Source: an uncultured Actinomycetes bacterium (GTDB taxonomy: Bacteria > Actinomycetota > Thermoleophilia > RBG-16-64-13). Taken from it: a DNA stretch of 64,000 nucleotides. The stretch covers positions 14,694 through 78,693 of the forward strand of contig CAWASM010000007.1 in assembly GCA_963784835.1 (NCBI GenBank). Direction: 5' to 3'. The notes below the pieces were generated by a model. The model did no database searches, had not been told where the DNA came from, and saw nothing but the letters and a program-made list of their open reading frames with translations. The position numbers and the translations under genes are program-made. Positions 20,667 through 30,196 of the stretch are shown here, one piece after another (the first letter of the stretch is position 1; each line of letters begins with the position of its first letter).

Positions 20667-21251
20667 ATGGCGCGGCGCGTGTTCTTACTAGTACTGACCT
20701 TGACTTTTGTCGCTATCGCCCTGGTGGGGGTCACGGCCTGCGGCTCGAGCTTGGTTCCAGCGACCACGGCCGCGGCGCCGAGCGTCACCGCTACGTCCTC
20801 AACGACGTCGCTGGATGCCGGCGCTGCCACAACCGTTGGGGTGACAACCGCAGATACCGCGACTCAAGACGAGTACAAGGCCAAGATGTCGGCTTGGGTC
20901 ACGGGACCTCTCCAGAAGCTGGACACCAGCGTTTTCGATATCCCCGATCCAGCCAATGCGACCACCAAACAGATCGACGCCGTCGCCGCCTTCGTGAGTC
21001 AAGCCCAGGCGGCCCTCGATCAGCTCAAAGCCATCAAGCCCTCCGCAGAAGCGTCGGCCGCGCACAACCAGTACGTCAAGGCCTATGAGGACCTTCTCGT
21101 CGCGACCGAGAAGTACGTGAGCGCGATGCGCAGCAAGGACGCGAGCATGCTCGCGAGCATACAGCAGGCCATGTCGACCGCGCAGACGCAAATACAGCAG
21201 TCGATCGGCATCCTGAGGCCGATGATCGGGCTGACGCCGCCCACGACCTAG
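20667..21251 (+). CDS. hypothetical lipoprotein
   Basis: The signal/lipobox is LVGVTACGSS, followed by a helical Ala/Gln-rich body. Confidence 0.65.
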   Translation: MARRVFLLVLTLTFVAIALVGVTACGSSLVPATTAAAPSVTATSSTTSLDAGAATTVGVTTADTATQDEYKAKMSAWVTGPLQKLDTSVFDIPDPANATTKQIDAVAAFVSQAQAALDQLKAIKPSAEASAAHNQYVKAYEDLLVATEKYVSAMRSKDASMLASIQQAMSTAQTQIQQSIGILRPMIGLTPPTT

Positions 21252-21755
21252 TGAGGTCGCACCTGGTAGGGGCGATCTTGACAGGAGTCGGAGCGAACCT
21301 GGCGTTAGCCGCCAGCAAGGCCGTTGCGAGTGTGGCGCTTGCTCGCGGGCATGATCGGCAAGGACCACCGTTAGGCGCTTACCAAGCATCCACAAAGGCG
21401 TCATCATGAGGTGAGAGCGGTCGCCCGTGGGTGCTCAACCTACGCCCGGTGCTCAGGAACAGCGGGAGGGCCCCCTGGGTAGTCACGTCGGTACGAGCTA
21501 CGCAGCAGGTGGGGCGCCAGATGGATCGGCATGGGGACCAGAACGACAGCGCGCTTCAAGTCGTGCACGCCCAAGAAATGTAGCACCCATATGAGAAGCT
21601 CTCGCCGGAGCAGCATGAGGAACTTCTTCAGGGCCTCCTCATCGCGGCGCCGCGCGGGGGAGAGGCTATGATCGAGGTGCTGCACCAGTTGCTGCTCTGC
21701 CACGCGACCGCGGAGTTGCTGAGCGAGTGCGGATACGACGAAGGAGGCGACGCAA

Positions 21756-22364
21756 ATGACGATTCCCGTCCGCATCTTCTCTGACTACATCTGACCCTTC
21801 TGCTATGTCGGCACGGGCATTGTCGACAAGTTGAAGGAAGAATTCCCTCTCGAGGACACCTGGGTGAGCTATGAGATCCACCCCGAGACCCCGGCAGGAG
21901 GCGTGAGGCTCGAGCGTCTCTTCGGACCTGGCTACCGCGAGATGCAGATTGGCATAGCCCTGCGCTGCCGGGAACTCGGTCTTTCCTTCCAGCCTCCAGA
22001 GGTTCTCTCCAACTCGCGGCTGGCCGTTGAGGCCGCCGAGTTTGCCCGGGATGCCGGCAAGCACGATGTCTTTCATCGGGCGGTGCTGGCTGCCTACTTC
22101 GCGCAGTCTCTCGACATCGGTGACGCTGAGGTCTTGCGGGGAGTAGCTGAAGAGATCGGGCTGGACGGCGGGGCTCTGGCGGATGCTCTGGCCACCGGTC
22201 GCTACGCGGCCATGCGTGCGGCGGCCGAGGACGAGGCCCGCAACCTCGGCGTCACCGGCGTCCCCACATTTGTCTTCGAGGGACGCAGCCGTGTGGTCGG
22301 GGCCCAGCCTCTGGACTACTTCTGGCATCTGCTAAAGGCGAATCCGGTCGCCGCGGACGGATGA
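21756..22364 (+). CDS. DsbA-family (FrnE/HCCA-isomerase-like) thiol oxidoreductase with in-frame TGA at the first redox Cys position (candidate selenoprotein)
   Basis: ATG 21756 follows AAGGAGG. The gene reads MTIPVRIFSDYI-TGA(21792..21794)-PFCYVGTGIVDKL, then continues in the same frame as ORF 21831..22364 (...GVTGVPTFVFEG). Family members carry SD..CP(F/W)CY at this position. Confidence 0.65.
21806..21828 (+). promoter_or_regulatory. hairpin 11 nt downstream of the in-frame TGA (SECIS-like candidate)
   Basis: TGTCGGCA (21806-13) pairs with TGTCGACA (21821-28): 8 bp including one G-T. The 7-nt loop is CGGGCAT. Confidence 0.4.
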
Positions 22365-22744
22365 GACTGCAGCTACCTGCGCTAACTTCCCATAGTGTTC
22401 GTTCCCGAACAGTAAGTCTTGGCCCGGCAATCCTCCGTTCTGTCCGGCGGGCATGATACTGTCTCCGCCTTGATCATCGCGTTCTGGAGTGTAGAAATAG
22501 ATGCGGGTTTTAGGGCCCTTATCGAGATTGCGGATGCTGGCCACTTGGTCCGCGTCGAGTCCCCATACGAGGGACTTCATGAGCATTTCGTTAGCCGCGT
22601 TGCTCGCTTCTACGAGTTCTCTCCGGGCCGGCATTCCGCTGAGGAAGTACTGCAGTTCCTCTGCCACGACCATTCTCATTACGGCTTCTACGTGATGGAA
22701 GGCGACTTCGATGAAATCTATGGCGGTGTCGCCAACCGCGTTTC

Positions 22745-23424
22745 GTGGTGGGCTCGCTTGGAGTTCCGGTAAGGACGCCTGAAGACATAAGACGATTCCT
22801 CGGTAAACCCTCGCATCTCAAGAAGGGCTACTCTGCCTATGAACTGGCATGGAGTTGGCTGGAGGCGAACGGCATTCCCTCGCCGGTGAGGTCCGTTCTT
22901 GAGAGTTGTGACGTCTATCGCGGCGCGGCCTTCGATCTAGGCTGGTTCGAGAAGCCGGTTCGGCTGGGTACGCCGGGAAGGGATAGCCAGACCGATCTCA
23001 TGGTCTATCTCACCCTCTCGAATGGTACAGGCGTGATCGCCGCTGAGGGAAAGGTCGAGGAGCCGTATGAGATTTGGTAGGGGATTGGCACGACGGGAGT
23101 CCCACCAAAGAGGCGCGACTGAAAGATATTGCCGCTCAGCTCGGGCTAGACCAGGCCGACACTTACGACCTCCGCTACCAACTTCTTCATCGTACTGTCT
23201 CTGCGCTGCGGGAGGCAGATGACAAGGAGTGTCAGGAGGCTCTCATGCTCGTCCACTCATTCAGCGCGAGCCGCTCTCACCTCACGGATTTCCAGACGTT
23301 CGCCGAAAGGATGGGCATCAGTTGCGCCGCCGGGCAGGTGAGCGGACGCAAGAGGCTAACGGCGGGTGCGGGGCAGACAACGATTGACCTGCGTCTCGGC
23401 TGGGTCTCTGACAACGTTTCCTAG
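22745..23424 (+). CDS. hypothetical protein with PD-(D/E)xK-like motif (frameshift near 23075)
   Basis: ORFs 22745..23080 and 23074..23424 join into one protein. QTDLMVYL...VIAAEGKVEEP fits a D...E.K nuclease-fold signature. Confidence 0.45.
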
Positions 23425-23539
23425 TCACTCGCGCTGGATAGCCGAGCCGAAGCTCAAATCCCGGCCTAGCCAGCCGGTGCCCCTTGTTTGTCAGAACCGC
23501 TGGGAAGCAGGTCAGGCAGCCGCTACTCTCAAAACGAAC

Positions 23540-23582
23540 ACAATGAGCGCATAGTATTCATTTCTGTGGAGAAAGCATAAGG
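23540..23582 (+). repeat. intergenic repeat family, copy A (most divergent)
   Basis: The sequence is ACAAT-N7-TAGTATTCATTTCTGTGGAGAAAGCATAAGG. It has a TTTCT/AGAAA hairpin. Confidence 0.6.
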
Positions 23583-24091
23583 CTGACTCTCGAGCCCACA
23601 TCGGGTGGGGGCAGGGGGGCGGTACGAAGTTCCTAAGGATGGGTGTCGACGGCCTGCCCGCGCCGGTGTTTTCCCCTCGCCGAAAGCTTTCGGCCTGTGG
23701 ACAGCGAAGCTAGGAAGCGGCCTGTGGCTCGCGGGGTCCCTTGTCCCGCCGTCCCAATGCGTTTGACCGCATCCACGCCTGCACCAGTCCGACACCGGCC
23801 TCTCTTTCGCCCAGGTCGTCCAGTGCTTCGGCGCGCTATCACGATGAGACGCTCAGCGAGAGCCCGCGCGGTGCGCCATGTGTTAGGACGGATTCGGGAA
23901 CTCCCGTCCTCTGGGCGTGGGGTGATGGGGTTCGTCGGGTGCCCCTCAGACTTTTTTCGTTCTGCAGCAGCAGATCGAAGGGACTTCCCCGCTGCAATCG
24001 GTTCGCCACAGGCTACCAAACGCAAGGATTTGGATAAGACGACCAGAACGTATTGCCGAGAGGAGCTTGTCTCGTCTGGTCGAGGAGGATC

Positions 24092-24733
24092 ATGAAGCCT
24101 GACCTACCCCCATACATTGTCCCAAGCCGCCGGGATGATCTTCGACGGCAGAGACGGCAGAGACAAGTGGGGAGGCGTCGTTTGGTCCTGGCCGCGTTCT
24201 TGGTCATTGTGGTTGTGGTCGTGGTGGCTTTGGCGGTCGCCTCGCCGGGCAGCAAGAAAGCCTCAAGCTCGGCCACGACTGCCAGCTTGGGCGCTGCGAC
24301 GACGACCTCGGCGACAGTTGCGCTGGCGAACGCACCCTTAACCTATAGCGCCGAACTCACCGGGGAGAATGAGACCCCCGCTGTTTCTACCTCTGCGAGC
24401 GGCACCCTGACCCTAACGGCGGCCGCCGACGGGTCCTCCGTGGATTACGTCCTCAAGGTTAGCGGGATCACGGACCTCACCGTTGCTCGCCTACATGAAG
24501 GCAAGGCGGGAGCCACCGGAGCGACCATTCTCACCCTCTACGACGGTCCCACGAAGACTGGGGCCTTCAGCGGAACTCTTACTGAAGGGTCCATCGCGGC
24601 GGCTGATTTTGTGGGTTCACTCGAGGGCAAGACTATCGCCGACCTGGTAGCCCTAACTGAGGCTGACTCCGTATACCTCAACGTGGGAACGAGCGCCCAT
24701 ACCTCTGGCGAGATCCGCGGGCAGCTCCAGTAG
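24092..24733 (+). CDS. CHRD-domain protein with N-terminal TM anchor
   Basis: ATG 24092 follows GAGGAGG. After the TM stretch comes LTGENETPAVSTSASGTLTL......VDYVLKVSGITDLTVARLHEGKAGATG. Confidence 0.75.
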   Translation: MKPDLPPYIVPSRRDDLRRQRRQRQVGRRRLVLAAFLVIVVVVVVALAVASPGSKKASSSATTASLGAATTTSATVALANAPLTYSAELTGENETPAVSTSASGTLTLTAAADGSSVDYVLKVSGITDLTVARLHEGKAGATGATILTLYDGPTKTGAFSGTLTEGSIAAADFVGSLEGKTIADLVALTEADSVYLNVGTSAHTSGEIRGQLQ

Positions 24734-24952
24734 TGCCCGGAGGAGTGAAGCGCTGGTTCATTGGAGACGCAGTTGTTTGAGTATGGCCTCTTCGGCCGGC
24801 TTGACATGGGGACACTATTCGCGCCCTTCCGGCAATCTTCAAGATGACCATCACCACCCTTGGGGTGGTGCGCGTTCCCTGCGGCAGCACTTCGCGCGTC
24901 GCCCTGCATCAGGGTTTTTTGTTGACTACGTTTGCCCGGCGCGACCAGCCGG

Positions 24953-25255
24953 TCACCGAGACGAGCCCAGGTATTCCCGCACCACCCTCGCGGCCAAGGT
25001 CTCGGCCTCCCTGTTCTCACCCAGCTTGTCCAGGGTCTCGCACCTTGCCATGAGGATCCACTGCTCGGCAAGGACCCGGGCCTCGCGAGTGACATCAGGT
25101 GCGTCCCTCTTGATCGGGGTGCGAGCGGAGCTACCCTTCGCGGCCCTTTCCTTGTGCTCCACCAAGTCCAGAGCGTAGTCTCGAAAGTCATCGTGGGATT
25201 CGTAGGCAAGTCCAAGGAGAGAATCGGCATACATCTCGCTCAGGTTGGCGGACAC
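24953..25255 (-). CDS. hypothetical protein
   Basis: 100-codon ORF with no family recognised. Repeat copy B lies about 145 nt upstream. Confidence 0.4.
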   Translation of the reverse strand: MSANLSEMYADSLLGLAYESHDDFRDYALDLVEHKERAAKGSSARTPIKRDAPDVTREARVLAEQWILMARCETLDKLGENREAETLAARVVREYLGSSR

Positions 25256-25398
25256 GCGGTAACCCGACGATGGCGGCGAAGTTTCGGAGCTCCAGAAAGC
25301 GAACGCCGGCAGTGAAGAGGTCAGATAGGATGACGGCAGACCGGCGGCTTTAACATTCAGGGATGTACTGTGAAGGGGGCCGGACCAACTAAGCGGAG

Positions 25399-25439
25399 AC
25401 CATCAACAGATAGTGATAGTTCACTCCTGGAAAGCAGGG
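25399..25439 (+). repeat. intergenic repeat family, copy B
   Basis: The sequence is ACCAT-N7-TAGTGATAGTTCACTCCTGGAAAGCAGGG. Confidence 0.75.
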
Positions 25440-25509
25440 AGCACTCGAACAAGCGTTGACCTGAGTGATGTGCCTAGCCTGGCCTAGATTGATCTAGGCA
25501 GGGAATGTC

Positions 25510-26544
25510 TCACATCGGGTCCAGCTCCGTGCAGGTCGACGGGTCGGTGAAAAGACCGGTACGGCGGTCCAGGAGCAGTGGTAGCGTTTCCGCCCAGCCA
25601 GTAGGAGCGTTTGTCCGCAAGTCGAGATCCACGCGCTCGACTGCGTCACCGGCAAGAGCGGAGACCGATTCCAAAACCACGATCGTCTGAACCGGGACTT
25701 TCCCCGTTGCACTCAAGGATGGGTCGGGCGTGGTGGCGGCGAGCAGGCCCGGCACGGAGTCCGCGGTCAAGGTGCCATCCAAGCGTGAGAGCAGAGGCAA
25801 AAGCGGTCCGGAGCCGGTGAGAAACCGCAGGCGCTCCAAGTCGTCGACCAACAGGAGCGGGATCCTCTGGTGCTGCTCCATGGCTTCCTGAGCTCGCAGA
25901 CGGACGTCCTGGATAAAGGCGCTCAGCGTGGGGGTAGAAGCCGAAACGGTGTCCACCAATGAGAGGTACGGCAGCACAGCACTCTGGAGAGCCAGGTCGA
26001 GGCGGGCGAGCGTTTCAAGCTCCTGGGGAGCCAAGGTGCGTGCGCGAAGGGCGCTAACAGGGATCGAGCGACCGTCGAGGACATGGCCGACGGTGCTGAT
26101 CAGGCGTTCCCAGGTCCGGAGGCTGCCCTCTTTCAGGGCGTAGTAGAGAACCGGACGTTTGTCGGACACGGCCTCCCAGACCATCGACTCGAGGAAGGCA
26201 GTCTTGCCCACCCCTGTCGGTCCAAGGACCAGATGTAGGCCCGGGCCGAACCCACCGGCCAGACGAGAGTCCAGGCTTGCCAGTCCCGAGGGGGCGAGCT
26301 CAGGCGAGGGGGCGGTGCGCTGCAAGAACCGCCGCAGGAACCTGCTCGGCTCGGTGGCAGAGGACTTCGCCATGCCCGTCGTCCAAAGGGCGCCTGAGGG
26401 CAGAGAGGAGCATCGCTCATTGTCCCGGAACAGCGCAAGCAACTCGTCGCGCATGGACGCGCGCGCGACGCCTCGCTTGCGATTGCTAGGTGGGGGCGGG
26501 GCCTCTTGGGAGGTCCCCTCTTCTGGGGTCGGCTTAGAGTTCAT
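25510..26544 (-). CDS. RecA-fold P-loop ATPase (KaiC/DnaB-C/RadA-like)
   Basis: LDSRLAGGFGPGLHLVLGPTGVGKTAFLE is the Walker A region and IPLLLVDDLERL the Walker B. The N-terminal 100 aa are unrelated to anything I recognise. Confidence 0.7.
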   Translation of the reverse strand: MNSKPTPEEGTSQEAPPPPSNRKRGVARASMRDELLALFRDNERCSSLPSGALWTTGMAKSSATEPSRFLRRFLQRTAPSPELAPSGLASLDSRLAGGFGPGLHLVLGPTGVGKTAFLESMVWEAVSDKRPVLYYALKEGSLRTWERLISTVGHVLDGRSIPVSALRARTLAPQELETLARLDLALQSAVLPYLSLVDTVSASTPTLSAFIQDVRLRAQEAMEQHQRIPLLLVDDLERLRFLTGSGPLLPLLSRLDGTLTADSVPGLLAATTPDPSLSATGKVPVQTIVVLESVSALAGDAVERVDLDLRTNAPTGWAETLPLLLDRRTGLFTDPSTCTELDPM

Positions 26545-26615
26545 CTAAGAAGGATTCTCCGCGAGATTGTCGCATCCTCGCGAGAGAAGCTAGCGATTTA
26601 ACCACGCGGTGGCCT

Positions 26616-26655
26616 ACCATTACCCGATCGTGATCGTTCCCGATCGGAAAGCGTA
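26616..26655 (+). repeat. intergenic repeat family, copy C
   Basis: The sequence is ACCAT-N7-TCGTGATCGTTCCCGATCGGAAAGCGTAG. Confidence 0.75.
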
Positions 26656-26799
26656 GAACCTTCTCCGTTCCCAGCCGCACCAGGCTGGAGCCTTTTCTGG
26701 CCCCTGGTCGCACGGCTCAAAGCGTCGAGCCAGCCAGTGTCTTGCCCGCGGACGCCACAAGTCCCCACGAGGCGGCGGCCGGAGTAGGCGGCCAAAGCC

Positions 26800-27609
26800 T
26801 CATGTCACCGTCCCCACGATCATCCAGATAGCTATTAGCACTAGCAGGACGGCGAAGTAGGTTCTGAGAGTGCTCGGTCTCACCCGCACCGATAGCGACG
26901 AACCCAGCCGGCCCCCGACGAAAGCCGCGGCGGCAAGAGGCAGCGCGGCAAGGATGTCAAAGGACCCGGTGACGAGGTGTCCGGAAAGACCGCCAAGAGC
27001 GGTGAGAGCGACCATAAATGACGAAGTCCCGATGGCGATGCGCATAGGGACGCCGCCGAGTAGCACCATCGCCGGCATCTTGAAGATGCCTCCCGAGATT
27101 CCGATCATGCCGGCGATAAACCCGGCCACCGCCGTCACCGGCATGAGCCAGGGAAGTCGCACCACGTAGGTGTGAGCTCCCACGGTCCGCAGCCAATGCC
27201 CCCGGCGATGGCTCCAGGCGGTCTCCGTGGATGCGGTCTCTCTCTCGGTAGCCGGCCGCATCATGAAGAAGCTGGCCACGATGAGCACGGCGCCGAATAT
27301 GATCTTCAGCGCGTAAGCGTCGATGTAGTTGGCCAACAACCCGCCGGCGAAGGCGAGAGCGAAGGTCATCGGCTCGATGACCAGAGCGAGCTTCCAGTCG
27401 ATCGTCCTTCGGCGACGGTAGATGATGGCCGCGGAGATGCTTGTCGCAATGATCACAAAGAGGCTGATCGTCGCGGCGTCGTGCACACTCATCCCGAACG
27501 CCAGCAGTATAGGAACGTAAAGGACGCCGCCGCCTTGACCGGTGGCCGAGAAGGCCGTGGACGCCACGAGTATGGCAACGACGGCTACAGCGAGAGAGGT
27601 ACCACTCAC
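26800..27609 (-). CDS. TauE/SafE-family anion exporter
   Basis: Polytopic membrane protein whose two halves each carry G..GGG/ISGG..K.P..V motifs, typical of TauE/SafE. Confidence 0.8.
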   Translation of the reverse strand: MSGTSLAVAVVAILVASTAFSATGQGGGVLYVPILLAFGMSVHDAATISLFVIIATSISAAIIYRRRRTIDWKLALVIEPMTFALAFAGGLLANYIDAYALKIIFGAVLIVASFFMMRPATERETASTETAWSHRRGHWLRTVGAHTYVVRLPWLMPVTAVAGFIAGMIGISGGIFKMPAMVLLGGVPMRIAIGTSSFMVALTALGGLSGHLVTGSFDILAALPLAAAAFVGGRLGSSLSVRVRPSTLRTYFAVLLVLIAIWMIVGTVT

Positions 27610-28247
27610 TGACCTTGTGCCCCGGCTTCTCCACTATGTCGAAGTGAGGTGGCCCTTCTCTGATAGCCGGAACAAGGTATGCAGCATGGTTCCCCTTGAA
27701 CCACGCGAACGTACCGCTCGAAGACATACTCTCCGCAGCGCGAGCACTTGACTCTGCTGAACGAACCCTTGGGGGGCGAGTAGGCGTATTCGCCAAGCGT
27801 CTCGACCTTGAAGATCTGTTCGTCTGTCTGAGAGTCGATCCACTCAAGGGCCTGGGCCGTGACCTCGGCAGGGATTTGCGAGGGCTCGATGCCTCTGCGT
27901 CGGTAGGCAAAGAACTCGACCCCGTCGAATGCATCAAGGAATTCCGATCTTAGAGAAAAGCGTATCGCTCCCTTGCCGGGACGATAGAAGACAGCCGCCA
28001 GCTTGCCCCAATAGGTGCGCTCCATGAGAGACTTGCCGTAGGTGGCGCCGGTGGCGATCTGCAGGCCGTCCATGAGGCAGGTTTGCGGGTGCCCGATGCC
28101 CAACTCCGGGATCACGAACAAGCCGTGATCTTTCTCATGTGCGACATCCAGTTTCTGCATAGCAGTGATGCCCATATGGTAGCCAAGAGGCATGAACGGG
28201 CACCGGTGGCCGTGAAACTCGAATGCCCAATCAGGAGTCGTGATCAT
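27606..28247 (-). CDS. FmdE-family protein with C-terminal zinc ribbon
   Basis: The N-terminal part is FHGHRCPFMPLGYHMG......GIGHPQTCLMDGLQIATGATYGK. The C-terminus is CSRCGEYV.........CCIPC. Its stop overlaps the tauE-like start. Confidence 0.8.
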   Translation of the reverse strand: MITTPDWAFEFHGHRCPFMPLGYHMGITAMQKLDVAHEKDHGLFVIPELGIGHPQTCLMDGLQIATGATYGKSLMERTYWGKLAAVFYRPGKGAIRFSLRSEFLDAFDGVEFFAYRRRGIEPSQIPAEVTAQALEWIDSQTDEQIFKVETLGEYAYSPPKGSFSRVKCSRCGEYVFERYVRVVQGEPCCIPCSGYQRRATSLRHSGEAGAQGQ

Positions 28248-28675
28248 CGACTCCTCCTTTCGGTTGCGTCCGACGATCGTGCACGTGATCGGTCTTCAAT
28301 GTACCCATGGGGGGACGATCTTAATGGTTGTATGTAACCGGACACAAGGACATGGTTCCGCTTGACATCCGGGAGATGACCACAGACGAAGCGGTAGCCA
28401 AAGTCCAGGCTGCGCTCCGCGATATGGGGTGCAGAAGAGGAAGAGGGCACCGGAGGTGGCATAACCCTCCGCTCAAGGCGGGCCGTAGGCACCCGCCCCA
28501 CGAGCGCTGGGTTTGGTGTCCCGGCTCGGTGATCATCGTGACGGGGGTACTCTCGGCAGAACTGATAGAGCACCTCGTCCACTCCGCCCCAATCGGTGTC
28601 AAAACGAGACCAGGAGGCGTCAAGCTGCGCTTGAGTGGGTGGAAGAATGGGTTGCTGCTCGGTCATAGCCACCAT
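28244..28675 (-). CDS. hypothetical protein, first gene of the FmdE-TauE operon (possibly frameshifted)
   Basis: ORF overlapping the fmdE-like start by 4 nt. MTEQQPILPPTQAQLDASWSRFDTDWGGVDEVLYQFCREYP looks protein-like, but no family is assigned. Confidence 0.35.
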   Translation of the reverse strand: MVAMTEQQPILPPTQAQLDASWSRFDTDWGGVDEVLYQFCREYPRHDDHRAGTPNPALVGRVPTARLERRVMPPPVPSSSSAPHIAERSLDFGYRFVCGHLPDVKRNHVLVSGYIQPLRSSPHGYIEDRSRARSSDATERRSR

Positions 28676-28888
28676 GTTGTCAGTGACCCATGGGTGGGCG
28701 CAATGCCGGAGGGGGTGGGGGAGGGCCCCTTCGGCCTGCGGCCCAGGGCGGGGGGCATAGCAACTCGGAACTTGCACGGGTTACAAGGTATCTATTCGGG
28801 GAGCCAAGGGCGATGAATGCCCATCCGGGCTCCAGAATCTGGCGTTGCACGCCCTGCGATAGTGGCTGGAACATGTGCCGTTTCAGTT

Positions 28889-28926
28889 ACCATCCGTTCT
28901 TAGTGATCGTTCCCAGTGGGCAAGCA
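28889..28926 (+). repeat. intergenic repeat family, copy D
   Basis: The sequence is ACCAT-N7-TAGTGATCGTTCCCAGTGGGCAAGCA. Confidence 0.75.
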
Positions 28927-29680
28927 TCGCGGCGGCTCGATGACCAACCATGCTCACGCTGTGCGCCTCCCTCCGCCGAGCCTTGGCGCCCGTTGGACCT
29001 GCGTAGTGTTGGGCCTGGGACTGGCACTTGCTCTTGTTGGCCCTGGCGTCTGTGCTCCTGACGCTGCTCCCCGTCGTGCGGGTCTGGGCTCGGGCTGGCA
29101 AGGATTACTATTGGGCGCGCCGACGCCACGAAGAATGGAAGAATGATAGCTCCCCTGGTTCCGTTGGTCGATTACCAGAACGTCTACAACGGGGCCGGAG
29201 GATACTTCCACTCTCGTTTGGACCCGGGCTGGGCTGGGGCCAGATGGGTCCGTTGGAGCTGGGGTTGCTCATCACGTCACGAGGCATCGGTGACCGGGAG
29301 CTGCAGGTAGTGTCGCCGTACTTAGGGCGAGGAACCCGATGAACTCCTCCAATGCCTGCCGAGTGTCGGTCCTCGCGAGGGAGAGCCGAAGATCGAGGGG
29401 TTGGAGCGCTTGGTGCTTTGTCATGCGACGGACGAGTTGCTCGAAAGACACTCTACTGGGTAGTGCGCCGGACGCGGGTAAGGTATGGTGGCAAGGGGCG
29501 CGAACTCACAAGCGCCCCCCTTGCGACATAAACCGATCAAACTGCTACGCCGCTGCGCGCGCTCCCTTAGGTCGGCGGCGCTCGCGGCTCGGGATAGATC
29601 ATGTGAACGTGCACCGGCCAAGCACAGGAAACTACACGCAAGCGCGGACGGCGGGCGAGCGTCGTCTGCGTCTGGAAGCA

Positions 29681-30196
29681 ATGTTTGAGGAATATGCCCC
29701 CCGTATCCTCGACTACGCCCGCCATCGTGGTGCGACCCTCGTCGAGGCCGAAGATGTCGTGTCGGAGGTATTCATCGTCCTAACCCGCCGCCTGGACGAA
29801 GCACCGGCCGAGGTTCTTCCGTGGCTTTACGGAGTCGCCCGCAAAGTGCTGGGAAACCAGATGCGAAGCAAGCGGCGCAGACTTGCGCTCGAGAAGCGTA
29901 TCGAAGAGCAGGTGGTGTGGGCTCACTCATCCAACTCAAATGCGCCTTCCATAGGCGCTAGCGATGCCTTGATCCGACAGGCTCTGTCCATGCTGCCGGC
30001 AAAGGACCGCGAGGTCCTTCTTCTTGTTGCTTGGGATGAGCTGAGTTACAAGGAGGCGGCTCAGTCGCTAGGATGCACTTCCATGGCGTTTGCCCAAGCG
30101 CTCCGTCGAGCAAGGCAGCACCTTTTGGCAATTTTTGAAGAGATCCGGACATGTACTAAGGTAGATTGGACACCAATCGAGTCGGAAGAGTCATGA
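29681..30196 (+). CDS. ECF-type sigma-70 family factor
   Basis: Region 2 is EDVVSEVFIVLTRR......LPWLYGVARKVLGN. Region 4 is LPAKDREVLLLVAWDELSYKEAAQSLGCTSMAFAQALRRARQHL. The start could also be GTG 29603 or 29609. Confidence 0.8.
   Translation: MFEEYAPRILDYARHRGATLVEAEDVVSEVFIVLTRRLDEAPAEVLPWLYGVARKVLGNQMRSKRRRLALEKRIEEQVVWAHSSNSNAPSIGASDALIRQALSMLPAKDREVLLLVAWDELSYKEAAQSLGCTSMAFAQALRRARQHLLAIFEEIRTCTKVDWTPIESEES

Noticed and set aside
22332-22772. Two mutually exclusive ORFs, 22332..22679 (-) and 22419..22772 (+).
   Set aside because: Both have similar third-position GC, and neither shows a recognisable family. I cannot decide which (if either) is real, so neither is listed as a feature.
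28248-28400. Possible Moco riboswitch upstream of the FmdE-like gene.
   Set aside because: The interval is occupied by the 3' part of the upstream overlapping ORF. Apart from a GAAAGGAGG ribosome-binding site, I could not find the conserved Moco-motif helices.
29270-29480. Minus-strand reading frame VSFEQLVRRMTKHQALQPLDLRLSLARTDTRQALEEFIGFLA that looks protein-like.
   Set aside because: It has no start codon giving at least 60 aa and no recognisable family. It may be a gene fragment, but I cannot support a call.
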